The notes beneath the pieces are model-generated. The model did no database searches, had not been told where the DNA came from, and saw nothing but the letters and a program-made list of their open reading frames with translations. A program made the translations under genes and the position numbers. A DNA stretch of 64,000 nucleotides, taken from assembly GCA_965217115.1 (NCBI GenBank), contig OZ244239.1, positions 902,392-966,391 on the forward strand, in the 5' to 3' direction. This DNA is from Bdellovibrionales bacterium. GTDB lineage: Bacteria; Bdellovibrionota; Bdellovibrionia; Bdellovibrionales; CAYMLA01. Shown in pieces: positions 1 to 10,021 of this stretch (its first letter is position 1; the number at the start of each line of letters is the position of its first letter).

Positions 1-13
1 ATGCCTAAACGCG

Positions 14-739
14 TCAACTTGATTTTACCTGTAAAATCAATGCTGTAATATTATCTTCACCGCCATTAGCCTTAGCCTCTTTTATACACTTTTCTACACC
101 CGCCTTGCAGCTTAAATCATTCACTATATGAGATAGGACTTCATCGTCCACCATCCCAGTTAGCCCATCGGAACAAATCAAGTATTTCTCATCAACAATC
201 AACTTTCTTTTATAAATATCACAGGAAACATTGGCTTCGTATCCGACGCTCCGCGTTATTATATTCCTTCCTGAGTAGCTTTTTATGTTCTCTACACTCA
301 AAACACCAGCTTTGACTTGTTGGTTCACCAGCGAATGATCTTCTGTCACTTGCCAAAAATTCCCATTAGATGACAGATAGACTCTTGAATCTCCCACATT
401 ACCTATGTACACAGTGTCACGCATAACATAGCAAAGTACCATCGTCGTTCCCATTCCCTTCAACTCAGCAACCTCTTGGCTTTTAGTAAAAATACGCTGG
501 TTCACCTCCTTATAAACCGCTTGTAAAAGCTCTTCAGGAGCCAAGCGACTGGTCTTCTGCTCCTGGAGAAACTCTTTTGCTGTTTTCACAGCAATATTAG
601 AAGCCACCTCGCCACCCTTATGGCCACCCATTCCATCGGCAACAATATAAAGCCCCAAGCTCTCATCAACTAAAAATGAATCTTGATTACTACTACGGCT
701 AAGGCCCGTATCTGTTTCACACCAAACATCTAAATACAT
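14..739 (-). CDS. PP2C-family (PPM) Ser/Thr protein phosphatase
   Basis: 241-aa ORF with PPM motifs 'VADGMGGHKGGEVAS', 'GTTMV', 'ICSDGL' and 'GGEDNITALIL'. Confidence 0.9.
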   Translation of the reverse strand: MYLDVWCETDTGLSRSSNQDSFLVDESLGLYIVADGMGGHKGGEVASNIAVKTAKEFLQEQKTSRLAPEELLQAVYKEVNQRIFTKSQEVAELKGMGTTMVLCYVMRDTVYIGNVGDSRVYLSSNGNFWQVTEDHSLVNQQVKAGVLSVENIKSYSGRNIITRSVGYEANVSCDIYKRKLIVDEKYLICSDGLTGMVDDEVLSHIVNDLSCKAGVEKCIKEAKANGGEDNITALILQVKSS

Positions 740-896
740 AATTCAACCATTCTAAACTAATTTTTACTAAGGTCACAAAAAAACTCTTTAAAATTATCGT
801 AAAAGTAGAATCAAACCTAGTCTAGGAAGAAAAACACCATTATTATGATATTTAGACTTTAATAGCCGCAAAAAACAGCCGAAAAGCTATGTGAAT

Positions 897-1694
897 ATGG
901 AAATATTTAAAAGAACAACTCTCTACCACTGTATTGCCCTCTCCTTTCTCTGCCATCTCATCCTTACAGGAGGAGTCTGGCTAGTTCCAACACACAAACA
1001 ACAGCAACCTGTCACTATTGATGTTATTTCATCAAGAGACACCCCTAAAATAAAGAGACAGATCGTCGAGCAGCCTAAGAAAAGTATCAACAACATCTCT
1101 CCTAAAAAAACTCGGTTTCTTGGAAGGCATAACCAGAAGATTCTTAAACAAACCCAAGCAAAAAGCCATGGTGCTTTTAAAAACACTTCCCTTCCAATAA
1201 ATAGCCCCATTAAAAAAACACGAAGAGAATCCAAATGGACGCGATTTTCACCAAAATATAAGTTCTCTTATACAAAAAAAAACAACTCAACTTTAAAGCC
1301 CTCGCAAACCAACGACGCCCTCAAAGATATTGCTAAAGGAACTCACACTCTTCTCAATACTAGAGAATTTATTTATTATTCCTACTATTCTCGTATTCGT
1401 AAACAGCTACGCCAGCGTTGGGAAAAAAACATCCGCAAGAAACTGTCTGAAATATATAAATCAGGACGAGCCATTGCCACAACACATAATCACGCTACTA
1501 AGATATTGGTAGTCCTCAACACTAAAGGCGACCTACTTAACATCAAAGTACTTGGACATTCAGGAGTTAAAGACTTGGATGCCGCTGCCATTGAAGCTTT
1601 TCGGTCTGCCGCCCCCTTTCCCAATCCCCCTAAGGGAATTGTTAACTCAAAAGGGCAAATTCAAATTCCGTGGGAATTTGTCATAGAAACCTAG
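897..1694 (+). CDS. TonB C-terminal-domain protein (N-terminal membrane anchor, basic linker)
   Basis: N-terminal hydrophobic helix. C-terminus 'VLGHSGVKDLDAAAIEAFRSAAPFPNPPKG' resembles the TonB_C fold. ATG at 897; an in-frame GTG at 891 is also possible. Confidence 0.6.
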   Translation: MEIFKRTTLYHCIALSFLCHLILTGGVWLVPTHKQQQPVTIDVISSRDTPKIKRQIVEQPKKSINNISPKKTRFLGRHNQKILKQTQAKSHGAFKNTSLPINSPIKKTRRESKWTRFSPKYKFSYTKKNNSTLKPSQTNDALKDIAKGTHTLLNTREFIYYSYYSRIRKQLRQRWEKNIRKKLSEIYKSGRAIATTHNHATKILVVLNTKGDLLNIKVLGHSGVKDLDAAAIEAFRSAAPFPNPPKGIVNSKGQIQIPWEFVIET

Positions 1695-1831
1695 TAGGGG
1701 CTTTTGCGAATTTTCGCTCTTACTTTCTTATTTATTCCTCGTTTTTATAGGTAATCAGGTTTATATCCGATAAGTTTACATATACAATTAACGAACAATA
1801 CTCTCTCAACAAAACAAATTAGGATGCATCT

Positions 1832-4555
1832 ATGGGAAATCTAAATCGAGACGTGCTAGAATCTATCGTGAAACGAGTGCATTACCTAATGATACAAATG
1901 ATTCATATTGCCAACCACCGTAAAGAAAAAGTCAAAGGGGACCCTAAAGTAGGAGGACACCCTGCCGCTTGCGCATCTGCCCTACACATTATGGGAGCTA
2001 TTCACCTTATTGCAAAATCAGGGTTTGATCACGTCGTTAACAAGCCCCACGCTTCTCCTGTAGATCATTCCTATAATTATTTGCTTCGTCAGTTTTTCCA
2101 TGAAGATGGCACTGCTTTTTCAGACGAAGAAGCTAACAGAGTCATGCACTGCTTGCGTGCCTTTCCCCAAGAAAGCCAATCTCAAGCCCAACCCGTTTTT
2201 CAATCCTATCACTCGGCCTACGACCCTGATTACCATGGATTCTTACCATCCGGGACTGTCGGCATTCCTCCCGTCAATGCTGGTTACTTAGCTCTTGCCT
2301 ACCGCTATGCTGAAAAACATGGATACAAGGTTCCTGACGCTCATTTTTGGTGTCTTATGGGTGACTCTGAGTTCCGCGAGGGCTCTTTATTTGAAGCCAT
2401 TCCTGAATTTGCAGAACGACAATTGGGTAACCTCACTTGGATTTTAGATTACAATCGTCAAAGTCTCGACGGGCATCGTATGAATAATAAAAATATCATG
2501 GATGGCACTGACGATATACGTATAGAGAGAACCATGGAAGCCAACGGCTGGAATGTTATTCAAATTCGTCATGGCGCTCTCCGTCAAAGTCTATTTAAAA
2601 AGAAAGGAGGAGAGACGTTTCAAAAATTGATTGAAGACACTCTCGAAGATTATGAATTACAAGCCATCCTTATGGTCAAAGATATAAAATCCTTAAAAAA
2701 AGGTCTCATTCACTCACATCCTGATCTTAAGGACTTTCTTAAGAATGTGAGCGATAGAGAACTCTATGAGGGGTTTCGTGATTTCGGAGGGCATAACATT
2801 ATCACTATTGCCGACGCCCTTGAAGAAAGTAAAAAAGATCCTTTAAAACCAACCATGATTATCTGTCATACCTTAAAAGGTTGGCAGATGGATGCTGCGG
2901 CTATGCCTGGAAACCACTCAAGCCTCCCCACTGCCAAAGAAGTGGACAAACTAAGGGAAGCCCAGGGGATTTCACAGGAACAACTGTTCTCTCATTTTGC
3001 AGATTTCAGTAAAGAAGATAAATTTCTTCGCCAACGTGGGACTTCTATTCTCAAAGAAGTTCAAAATGAGAAAAAACTCAAAGAAAGTAATATCTTATTT
3101 TTTAGAGAAATAATGGAAAATTTCGGAAAGCTCCCTGACTCTCTTGATATTAATCTTAAGATGGCCAGTTACCCTCACACCCAATGGATGCTCGGACAAC
3201 TCACTGCTAAACTCACTCGCATTGCCAACACCCCTCTGGATGAGACAAAACTACAGGAGAAACAAAAACCTCTTAGTGATTTCGAAAAATCATGGAAACT
3301 CCCCAGTGAAGTTCTTGTCTCCATGGCTCCAGATGTGGGCACCAGTACCAACCTCAACCCAGCAATGAACGGAAAAATATTTGGCGCTGAAATTTCCACC
3401 GACCATGAAGCTGAGATGAATGTAAAAGATAGAAATACACCTGATTTGGTTCAACACGAAAATAACTCCAGCCGTTACATTCGCTTTGAAATTGCTGAAG
3501 CCAACACCATGTCCTGTGTCGGTTCTTTCGGGAAGATACGCGATATTCTTGGCATTCCTCTACTACCATTAATGACTGTTTACGATTTTTTTATTAAAAG
3601 AGCCTTAGATCAATACTTTTACAATATGTATTGGAGATCTAGCTTTATCCTTGTTGGAACTCCATCAGGTGTCACCCTCTCCTCCGAAGGAGCACAACAT
3701 GGTTGGAAATCAGATATTCAAATTCCCAATCAAATCACATGGGAACCTGCCTTTTGTATCGAGCTTGATTGGATCCTCTGTGATGCAATTAAGCGGCACA
3801 TGACCTTTAACAACGAAGGACGTAATGGTGTCGTCATACGTGGGGTCACTCGGGGGATTGAACAAAAAAATCTCATAAAATATCTACGTCAACAAACCCG
3901 TTTCAAAAATAATTGGGATGGAAGAGAAATCACTCACCATGATTTTCCCATGGACAACAGCACTGATGAATCCTCCCTCCCTTGCATTGACGACCTCTCT
4001 ATCATGGAACAATTAAGACAAGATGTCCTTGCTGGTGCCTATTACCTGATAGACTATCGCCACTACAGTAGCTATGACCCTGGAGACAATGTCATTAATA
4101 TCTTTGTCATGGGTTCTATGGTCACTGAAGGAGTTAAAGCCTCTGAATCTCTCTTGCAAAAAGGAATTTACGCCAATATTATCGTTGTTACTAGTTCGGA
4201 CCTTCTCGTTGGCAACCTTGGCCACGACAATGATTACTCCCACCTTAAACACGGATTAAATATCAATGGGAATCTCCACCTAAACTCCGACAATGCCACG
4301 TCATCTGAAGAATTCCAAACAATGGCTGGACGGCGGGTCCCCGTCGTCAGCGTTCATGACGGTGAGCCTGGACTACTCGATAATATCGGTTCCATCTTAG
4401 GTGTTAAACAACAAACTCTGGCTGTGCGCAAACACTCCCGCTGCGGACGACCTGATGATATCTATCAATACCACAGTATTAATCATCAAGCCATTGTTGA
4501 GGCTGTTGAAAAGGTTCTGTCTGAAACAGCGTTAGAAATGGTCTTGGCAAAATGA
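1832..4555 (+). CDS. Divergent AceE-like thiamine-diphosphate-dependent 2-oxoacid dehydrogenase E1 component (homodimeric type)
   Basis: 907 aa. Blocks align by eye to E. coli AceE: 'GGHPAACASA', 'MGDSEFREGSLFEAI...NLTWILDYNRQSLDG' (TPP GDG-N motif), 'GWNVIQIRHG', 'GGHN', 'HTLKGW', 'SEGAQHGW'. No E2/E3 genes adjacent. Confidence 0.75.
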   Translation: MGNLNRDVLESIVKRVHYLMIQMIHIANHRKEKVKGDPKVGGHPAACASALHIMGAIHLIAKSGFDHVVNKPHASPVDHSYNYLLRQFFHEDGTAFSDEEANRVMHCLRAFPQESQSQAQPVFQSYHSAYDPDYHGFLPSGTVGIPPVNAGYLALAYRYAEKHGYKVPDAHFWCLMGDSEFREGSLFEAIPEFAERQLGNLTWILDYNRQSLDGHRMNNKNIMDGTDDIRIERTMEANGWNVIQIRHGALRQSLFKKKGGETFQKLIEDTLEDYELQAILMVKDIKSLKKGLIHSHPDLKDFLKNVSDRELYEGFRDFGGHNIITIADALEESKKDPLKPTMIICHTLKGWQMDAAAMPGNHSSLPTAKEVDKLREAQGISQEQLFSHFADFSKEDKFLRQRGTSILKEVQNEKKLKESNILFFREIMENFGKLPDSLDINLKMASYPHTQWMLGQLTAKLTRIANTPLDETKLQEKQKPLSDFEKSWKLPSEVLVSMAPDVGTSTNLNPAMNGKIFGAEISTDHEAEMNVKDRNTPDLVQHENNSSRYIRFEIAEANTMSCVGSFGKIRDILGIPLLPLMTVYDFFIKRALDQYFYNMYWRSSFILVGTPSGVTLSSEGAQHGWKSDIQIPNQITWEPAFCIELDWILCDAIKRHMTFNNEGRNGVVIRGVTRGIEQKNLIKYLRQQTRFKNNWDGREITHHDFPMDNSTDESSLPCIDDLSIMEQLRQDVLAGAYYLIDYRHYSSYDPGDNVINIFVMGSMVTEGVKASESLLQKGIYANIIVVTSSDLLVGNLGHDNDYSHLKHGLNINGNLHLNSDNATSSEEFQTMAGRRVPVVSVHDGEPGLLDNIGSILGVKQQTLAVRKHSRCGRPDDIYQYHSINHQAIVEAVEKVLSETALEMVLAK

Positions 4556-4607
4556 GCTATTTTTTTTAGTAGACACTTAAAAAATGACTTAGCTTATCCA
4601 AATTAGA

Positions 4608-5540
4608 TCAACTACTTACTTGATTTCGACCATTAGACTTAGACCTATACAAAGCTTCATCCGCCTTTTTAAATAATTCATCCCACGATAGAATCTCAGA
4701 TGTTAAAGAACACAGCCCTAAAGATATTTTAATGGCCATCGTCTTTCCATCAAATGTAAAAACATGGTTCTCAACTTTGGTACGAGCCCTTTCCGCAACT
4801 TCAAGAGCATCGGTCTTAGAACTCCCTGCTAAGATCAATGTAAATTCCTCACCACCAAATCGCGCAAAGAAATCCCTGCTGCGAATGACACTGTTCTTTA
4901 TGACCTGACTTAGCTCTTTAATGACATAATCACCTGCAGAATGGCCATAGGTGTCGTTAACTTGTTTGAAATGATCAATATCAAAGATAATCACACTCAA
5001 CTCTTCCTTTAAAAGCCTCGCCCTTTTAAAAGCCTCGGGACCTTTATAGACTAATGCTCTTTTATTATAAATACCTGTTAAAGAATCCATTTGGGCTTTT
5101 TCAAAATTCTCTTGATTACTCATCGCCTCTAAATTTCCAGGGGCTAAATACTTAAAAATAACATTTCCTGTTTGAATCTGATCATTATCACCTAACTCCA
5201 CTGGAACCATTGGCATCAAAATATTCCCATTAATCAATGTTTTATTCGTTGATCCCAGATCAATGACAGACACTCCCGTATTCGCCACCATTATCTTAGC
5301 ATGAGCCTTGCTCACACTCCCTTCATCAATATGGATTTGTGCATTCACAGATCGTCCAATAACCAATTCAGAATCAATCAATTTCCACTGCTGTCCCATA
5401 TACTTAGACGGTCCAACCAACACCACAAAAAAAGGAGGCGTCTTTTCTGCTGCCTCTAATTTTTGATTAAACGTGTCACTGGGAGTAACACTGGTTTTTT
5501 CTTCATCAACTTCTTTATTCGACATTCTCGACCCCTGCAT
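4608..5540 (-). CDS. FHA-domain diguanylate cyclase (FHA + GGDEF)
   Basis: N-terminal FHA signature 'VIGRS...SKAHAKI...VIDLGSTNKTLING'. C-terminal GGDEF domain with an intact 'RFGGEEF' active site. Confidence 0.9.
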   Translation of the reverse strand: MQGSRMSNKEVDEEKTSVTPSDTFNQKLEAAEKTPPFFVVLVGPSKYMGQQWKLIDSELVIGRSVNAQIHIDEGSVSKAHAKIMVANTGVSVIDLGSTNKTLINGNILMPMVPVELGDNDQIQTGNVIFKYLAPGNLEAMSNQENFEKAQMDSLTGIYNKRALVYKGPEAFKRARLLKEELSVIIFDIDHFKQVNDTYGHSAGDYVIKELSQVIKNSVIRSRDFFARFGGEEFTLILAGSSKTDALEVAERARTKVENHVFTFDGKTMAIKISLGLCSLTSEILSWDELFKKADEALYRSKSNGRNQVSS

Positions 5541-5635
5541 GTGTAAAACATCATAGACCTCTTACTCCGCACAAACAATTTAACTCTTATGTTTTATAGT
5601 CCTTTAATATTTCTTCTACTAGCCATATGACCAGA

Positions 5636-6748
5636 TTAAGAAATATTCACATCTTCTTCTATACGATGGTACCCTCGCCACTCTTTCAAGCGGCCATAAG
5701 CCTGGCCTTCCTCATTATACTCAATCATCACATAAGTCAGTTTTGTTATCACTCCCAAAGAAGAAATGTCTAATGATGTCAATTCTGTCCAAGTTCCTGT
5801 ATTGAAGTACTCCCCCTTAGGCCATTGCCGATATTGATAAACATGGGTGTGCCCAAAAACAACAGTACTCACCCGATCATCTTCTAAAATTTTACGCGCA
5901 GCCACACTTAAATCAGGAAACACCGCACTCTCCAGCAAAACCCTTAGTATTCTTTGAATAGACCACACCTTTCCCGGCTCATTTTTAAATGGTGAACTCA
6001 AAAAATACCAGAGTAATTTCGAAAAAGTTACCAAAGCAAACCATGTTCTCTGGAACAACATCCAACGAATCATTCTATCAAAAGGACGAATTTTATCTAT
6101 ATGAGGGTAGTGTAGTTTGATGGTCATAACAAAATCGATAAAAAAATGAGAACCAAATGGTAAATTTAGTATTGGCTCTGGTAGATTTTTCTTTAAAAAA
6201 AACTTCCGTGGATCAAAACGATTTGCTGCCTCATGCATATGGCCATGTTCAATATGAACTCCATCAAAAGAATAAACTAAATTCTTATAACGGATTGCAC
6301 AGCCTAAAACTTTATTTAGATAAGCACGCACACCTGGCCACATAACTGCTTGATCATGGTTACCCACAATATATGTAATACTATTGCCTGGAGAAGAGAC
6401 AAATTTACGCAAGGCTTCAAATGCCTTAACGTGTCCTGAAACAATGTTTTTTAACTTCTCAATAGAGACACTCTCCGTAATAACAGTCAGATAATGTCCT
6501 CTATAGTCTACTTGTAAAAAATTAAGAAAATCTCCATTAATAATAAGTTCCAATTCACAATCAACATATTGACCCGTTGTGTAGTAATGGAGGAATTCTA
6601 CAAACTTCTCTTCAAAATAAAATTCTTCTAACTGATTCACACTGCCGTTTTTAAGAACTCGCCCAGTTCCTAAGTGCAAATCACTAATAACTAATTTTAT
6701 TTTATTTTTCCCTTGAGTTTCGTTTTTCTCTGCGAATTGTTCTACCAT
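5636..6748 (-). CDS. Calcineurin-like metallophosphoesterase
   Basis: 370 aa with motifs 'ISDLHLG', 'INGDFLNF', 'VGNHD', 'HIEHGH', 'FGHTH'. Confidence 0.8.
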   Translation of the reverse strand: MVEQFAEKNETQGKNKIKLVISDLHLGTGRVLKNGSVNQLEEFYFEEKFVEFLHYYTTGQYVDCELELIINGDFLNFLQVDYRGHYLTVITESVSIEKLKNIVSGHVKAFEALRKFVSSPGNSITYIVGNHDQAVMWPGVRAYLNKVLGCAIRYKNLVYSFDGVHIEHGHMHEAANRFDPRKFFLKKNLPEPILNLPFGSHFFIDFVMTIKLHYPHIDKIRPFDRMIRWMLFQRTWFALVTFSKLLWYFLSSPFKNEPGKVWSIQRILRVLLESAVFPDLSVAARKILEDDRVSTVVFGHTHVYQYRQWPKGEYFNTGTWTELTSLDISSLGVITKLTYVMIEYNEEGQAYGRLKEWRGYHRIEEDVNIS

Positions 6749-6769
6749 GAAATTGTTTCCCAGAGTTAA

Positions 6770-8167
6770 TTATTTTGCAACTTTTTTAAATTCTAAAACT
6801 GCCCCTTCATCAACTTCAAGATTTGTTAAAGCAAGTCTTAAGGCCTTCACCGTTCGGCGAAATTGTTCTTGATTTTTATCTATTTGCTTGTTTAATTCTT
6901 GGACCTTATTTCTGTAGTTATTTGATTCGCCCAAAAGTTGATCCATTTTTCTTTTGAGTCCCATTAATGTTTCATCTTTTTGTCTAACAACAGCGTGATT
7001 CTCAAGTTTCATCAGTTCAATACGATTTTCAAGTTCCCTTTCACGCACTCTTATTTTCTTTAGGTCAGACGACAATCGACATTCTAGCTCTTCCACTTTG
7101 CTTTTCTTCTCTTCAATTTCTCTTGTCTTATGGTTCACTGCCTCTTTGAGAATTCCCATTTCAGCTGAAAATATTTCTTCTTGATTTCCTAAATACTGTT
7201 TTAATTTTTCTAACTCCCCCATTTTCTCATCGGAGTTTTTCCTAAAAGTTTCACCTGCTGCTGCAAGGTCTTCATTTTCTATGATTAATCTATCAGCTTC
7301 CTTCTCTAACTCTATAATTTTTTGCTGAGCTGCTTTTAGATTTTCAGCTTGCACTAACCCGACTTCACCAGAAAACTTCTCTGTCTCCGAAGTACTCAAA
7401 GAATCTATACCGTAGCTCACTTGTACCTGATCGTCGGAAGCTCCTCCTCCCACCGATTGCACAGCCACTTGAGTGCTCTCATCAGAATTTTCCTCTGTTT
7501 TTATTTTTTCAAAAGCAACAGGCTCTAACGTTGAAGACAATGGTGTTGCCTTTGTCTCATCTTCTTCTTCAACATCTAGGGAGTATAAATTCTCTTCCTG
7601 CTTATTTTGTAACGAAAAACCATCATCCTGTTCTACTTTTTCACAAATATGAACCTCTGTAGCCTCACTATCTACAGCCTCATTACCTACAACCTCATTA
7701 CCTACAGCCTCATTATCTACAACCTCTTTGTCAGTGTGGTTTTCTCTAATTTGCTGGAACATGGTAGGTTCATCATTCTCAGCACCTTCAACAGCAGAAG
7801 CACTCTCTCCGAGATCAAGAACCCCAAACGGGTCTACATCAAGTGAATTTTCATTCATTTGGTTCTCATCACTATTTCCAGCACCTTCGACAGCAGAAGC
7901 ATTCTCTCCGACATCAAGAACCCCAAACGGGTCTACATCAAGTGAATTTTCATTCGTTTGGTTCTCATCACTATTTCCAGCACCTTCGACAGCAGAAGCA
8001 TTCTCTCCGACATCAAGAACCCCAAACGGGTCTACATCAAGTGAATTTTCATTCATTTGGTTCTCATCACTATTTCCAGCACCTTCCGGCGAAATATCGT
8101 CCAAAAGAGATTCCATGATTTCATCAGCTAAAAGCGATGTCTGTTCTAAATTATCCGTCTTTTTCAT
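6770..8167 (-). CDS. Acidic tandem-repeat / coiled-coil protein of unknown function
   Basis: 465-aa ORF. The N-terminal half is very acidic with 33-aa repeats. The C-terminal ~170 aa are heptad-like and rich in E, K and L. No family recognised. Confidence 0.65.
   Translation of the reverse strand: MKKTDNLEQTSLLADEIMESLLDDISPEGAGNSDENQMNENSLDVDPFGVLDVGENASAVEGAGNSDENQTNENSLDVDPFGVLDVGENASAVEGAGNSDENQMNENSLDVDPFGVLDLGESASAVEGAENDEPTMFQQIRENHTDKEVVDNEAVGNEVVGNEAVDSEATEVHICEKVEQDDGFSLQNKQEENLYSLDVEEEDETKATPLSSTLEPVAFEKIKTEENSDESTQVAVQSVGGGASDDQVQVSYGIDSLSTSETEKFSGEVGLVQAENLKAAQQKIIELEKEADRLIIENEDLAAAGETFRKNSDEKMGELEKLKQYLGNQEEIFSAEMGILKEAVNHKTREIEEKKSKVEELECRLSSDLKKIRVRERELENRIELMKLENHAVVRQKDETLMGLKRKMDQLLGESNNYRNKVQELNKQIDKNQEQFRRTVKALRLALTNLEVDEGAVLEFKKVAK
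7781..8086 (-). repeat. About three tandem copies of a 99-bp (33-codon) in-frame repeat
   Basis: The string 'ccccaaacgggtctacatcaagtgaattttcattc' recurs at 7822, 7921 and 8020 (period 99 bp). It encodes 'AVEGAGNSDENQ(M/T)NENSLDVDPFGVLDVGENAS'. Confidence 0.9.
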
Positions 8168-8541
8168 ACCTTAACACTTATCGGGAATATTCTTAGAAAA
8201 ATTAACCTTCATAGGACTAAACAGAAATGGGCTTTTAGCTGTCTCAAATCAAGACACTCAATGGGATTTTGACAAAAAAGGACCTTTTCCTAGCTTTTTG
8301 AGCTTGTCTGTAAGAGCCAAAGGACTTTTGAGAATACAAAAAAGCCCCTCATTTTCCGATGGCCTTCTAACTGGTTTTTTTGTTGGTTGGCCAAACCTGT
8401 CAGAGAGAAGACAATGTATCTTCCTGTTATCGAGAGTTGATATAAGAGATAACTTAGTTTTAATAAAATTGACCAGGTTTATATTGCAAACATTGAAGAT
8501 TAACAGTTCTTAATAATGATATGTAAGCAGGAGACAGATCA

Positions 8542-8913
8542 ATGATTCGAGGAATTCACGATTTTTACTATAACGTAAAAAATATGGAAAAAGCGGTTCA
8601 ATTCTATACTGAGACATTAAATATGAAAGTCACTCATGGGTCAGAACACTGGACAAGTCTTGACTGTGAAGGTGTCATGATAGGTCTACACTGGAGTGGG
8701 GGCAATGATATCCCATCTTTTCCAAGAGATTCTCATGGTGCTCATTGTGGTGGGACTTTGACTTTAGTTAGCGATAATATACCTGAAGATCGAAAAATTT
8801 TAGAAGCAGCAGGTTCTAAAATTTTAGGTGAAATGGATGAACTCTGGGGACATATGCTGATTTTTGAAGATATAGATGGCAATGTTCTTAAACTTCAAAA
8901 CGCGAAGTATTGA
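8542..8913 (+). CDS. VOC/glyoxalase-family protein
   Basis: 123 aa with a glyoxalase-like pattern ('FYTETLNMKV', 'FEDIDGNVLKL'). SD 'caggaga' lies upstream of the ATG. Confidence 0.75.
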   Translation: MIRGIHDFYYNVKNMEKAVQFYTETLNMKVTHGSEHWTSLDCEGVMIGLHWSGGNDIPSFPRDSHGAHCGGTLTLVSDNIPEDRKILEAAGSKILGEMDELWGHMLIFEDIDGNVLKLQNAKY

Positions 8914-9050
8914 GGAGCATATTTGAGCCAATTTAATTTACAGACTAATGGGGGAACCGCCCCCCTAACTCAAGTGAATGAGCCTGTTTTTTAAACCTAA
9001 CCTCTTTGACTAAGCCCTTAGTTTTTAATAAAAGGACACGCATCAATTTA

Positions 9051-9809
9051 TTAAAAATGATAAATTAGATTAATAGCATTTTTCCTATGTTTTACCTTTG
9101 CACCATTTCTGTTAAGGCTTCTAAAAGCATCTGCTTGAAATTCATGTCTAGAATAAACAAACTCTAAACTAAAACCATTATGAAAATTTAAGCCTGCTTT
9201 TAGTGCCCTGTAGCTTCCATCAACATCTGTCTCTCCTTTTGTTCCATATTCTGGATCACCTGGAACTCCGCTGTAGTAACTTTTCGTCCACTTACCCTTT
9301 GTTTTTGCATAACCAGCTCCAACATAAGGGCTCACACCTCTTACTGCAGTAAATATATATAATCCACCAAAATAAATATCGATTGTCTCTACCTCAGATG
9401 AAGGTGAATCAACAACGATATCTACTGGGCCGGTCGCAGTGTTTTGTGTAAACGCAGAACCGTCATCATGTTTCAAAGCAATCTCTTGTCTTGGAGACTT
9501 TATTCTTGTTTTATAAATTCCAACTTCATATCCCCAACCTGTTTCTGGAATATATCTTAGATTATAACCAAAAGACGTACTTCTCTCAATGAGTGCATCT
9601 AATATATTTGCATTTTCCTCTGTTATATCCTCTGGATTAGTGCCTATAAAGTGTCCATAATCCAAATGCTTACCTGTTATATCACTCGTTGAATCTCCCA
9701 CACTGCTGCTAACAAGAAACCCATGTTTAAAGATTTCTTCAGCTTTTGCTTCCTGATTGTGTGTCACTGCTAAGATCATCGTCGCGAGAATAATTATATA
9801 TGTGTGCAT
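9051..9809 (-). CDS. Putative outer-membrane beta-barrel protein
   Basis: Signal peptide 'MHTYIIILATMILAV...AKA', alternating Gly/aromatic-rich strands and a C-terminal '...LIYHF' with terminal Phe. Confidence 0.55.
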   Translation of the reverse strand: MHTYIIILATMILAVTHNQEAKAEEIFKHGFLVSSSVGDSTSDITGKHLDYGHFIGTNPEDITEENANILDALIERSTSFGYNLRYIPETGWGYEVGIYKTRIKSPRQEIALKHDDGSAFTQNTATGPVDIVVDSPSSEVETIDIYFGGLYIFTAVRGVSPYVGAGYAKTKGKWTKSYYSGVPGDPEYGTKGETDVDGSYRALKAGLNFHNGFSLEFVYSRHEFQADAFRSLNRNGAKVKHRKNAINLIYHF

Positions 9810-10021
9810 AACGGCCTCTCCTTCATTGGTCTCGTTCTATCTCTTTAGGAGAAGAAACTCTTAAAGAGCGATCAAACATTATTAGTTTAAACAAACCTGT
9901 CTAAGCTAGCTAAAAGGTTTTCACCCTCTCTTTTAACACAGAGCATCAAAAGATGCCACCTTTTTCCGCTCTTGAGAACTTTTTACAAAAAAGGGTTTTA
10001 TGACTTATACTCGGGGGCTTA

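Noticed and set aside
7649-8174. Plus-strand ORFs 7649-7846, 7728-8174 and 7843-8118 with their own internal repeats
   Set aside because: They are antisense shadows of the 99-bp tandem repeat in the minus-strand acidic protein gene.
8914-9050. 'tgggggaaccgcccccc' hairpin between convergent genes as a bidirectional terminator
   Set aside because: It has only a 5-bp G:C stem with no flanking T- or A-tract on either side, which is too weak to call.
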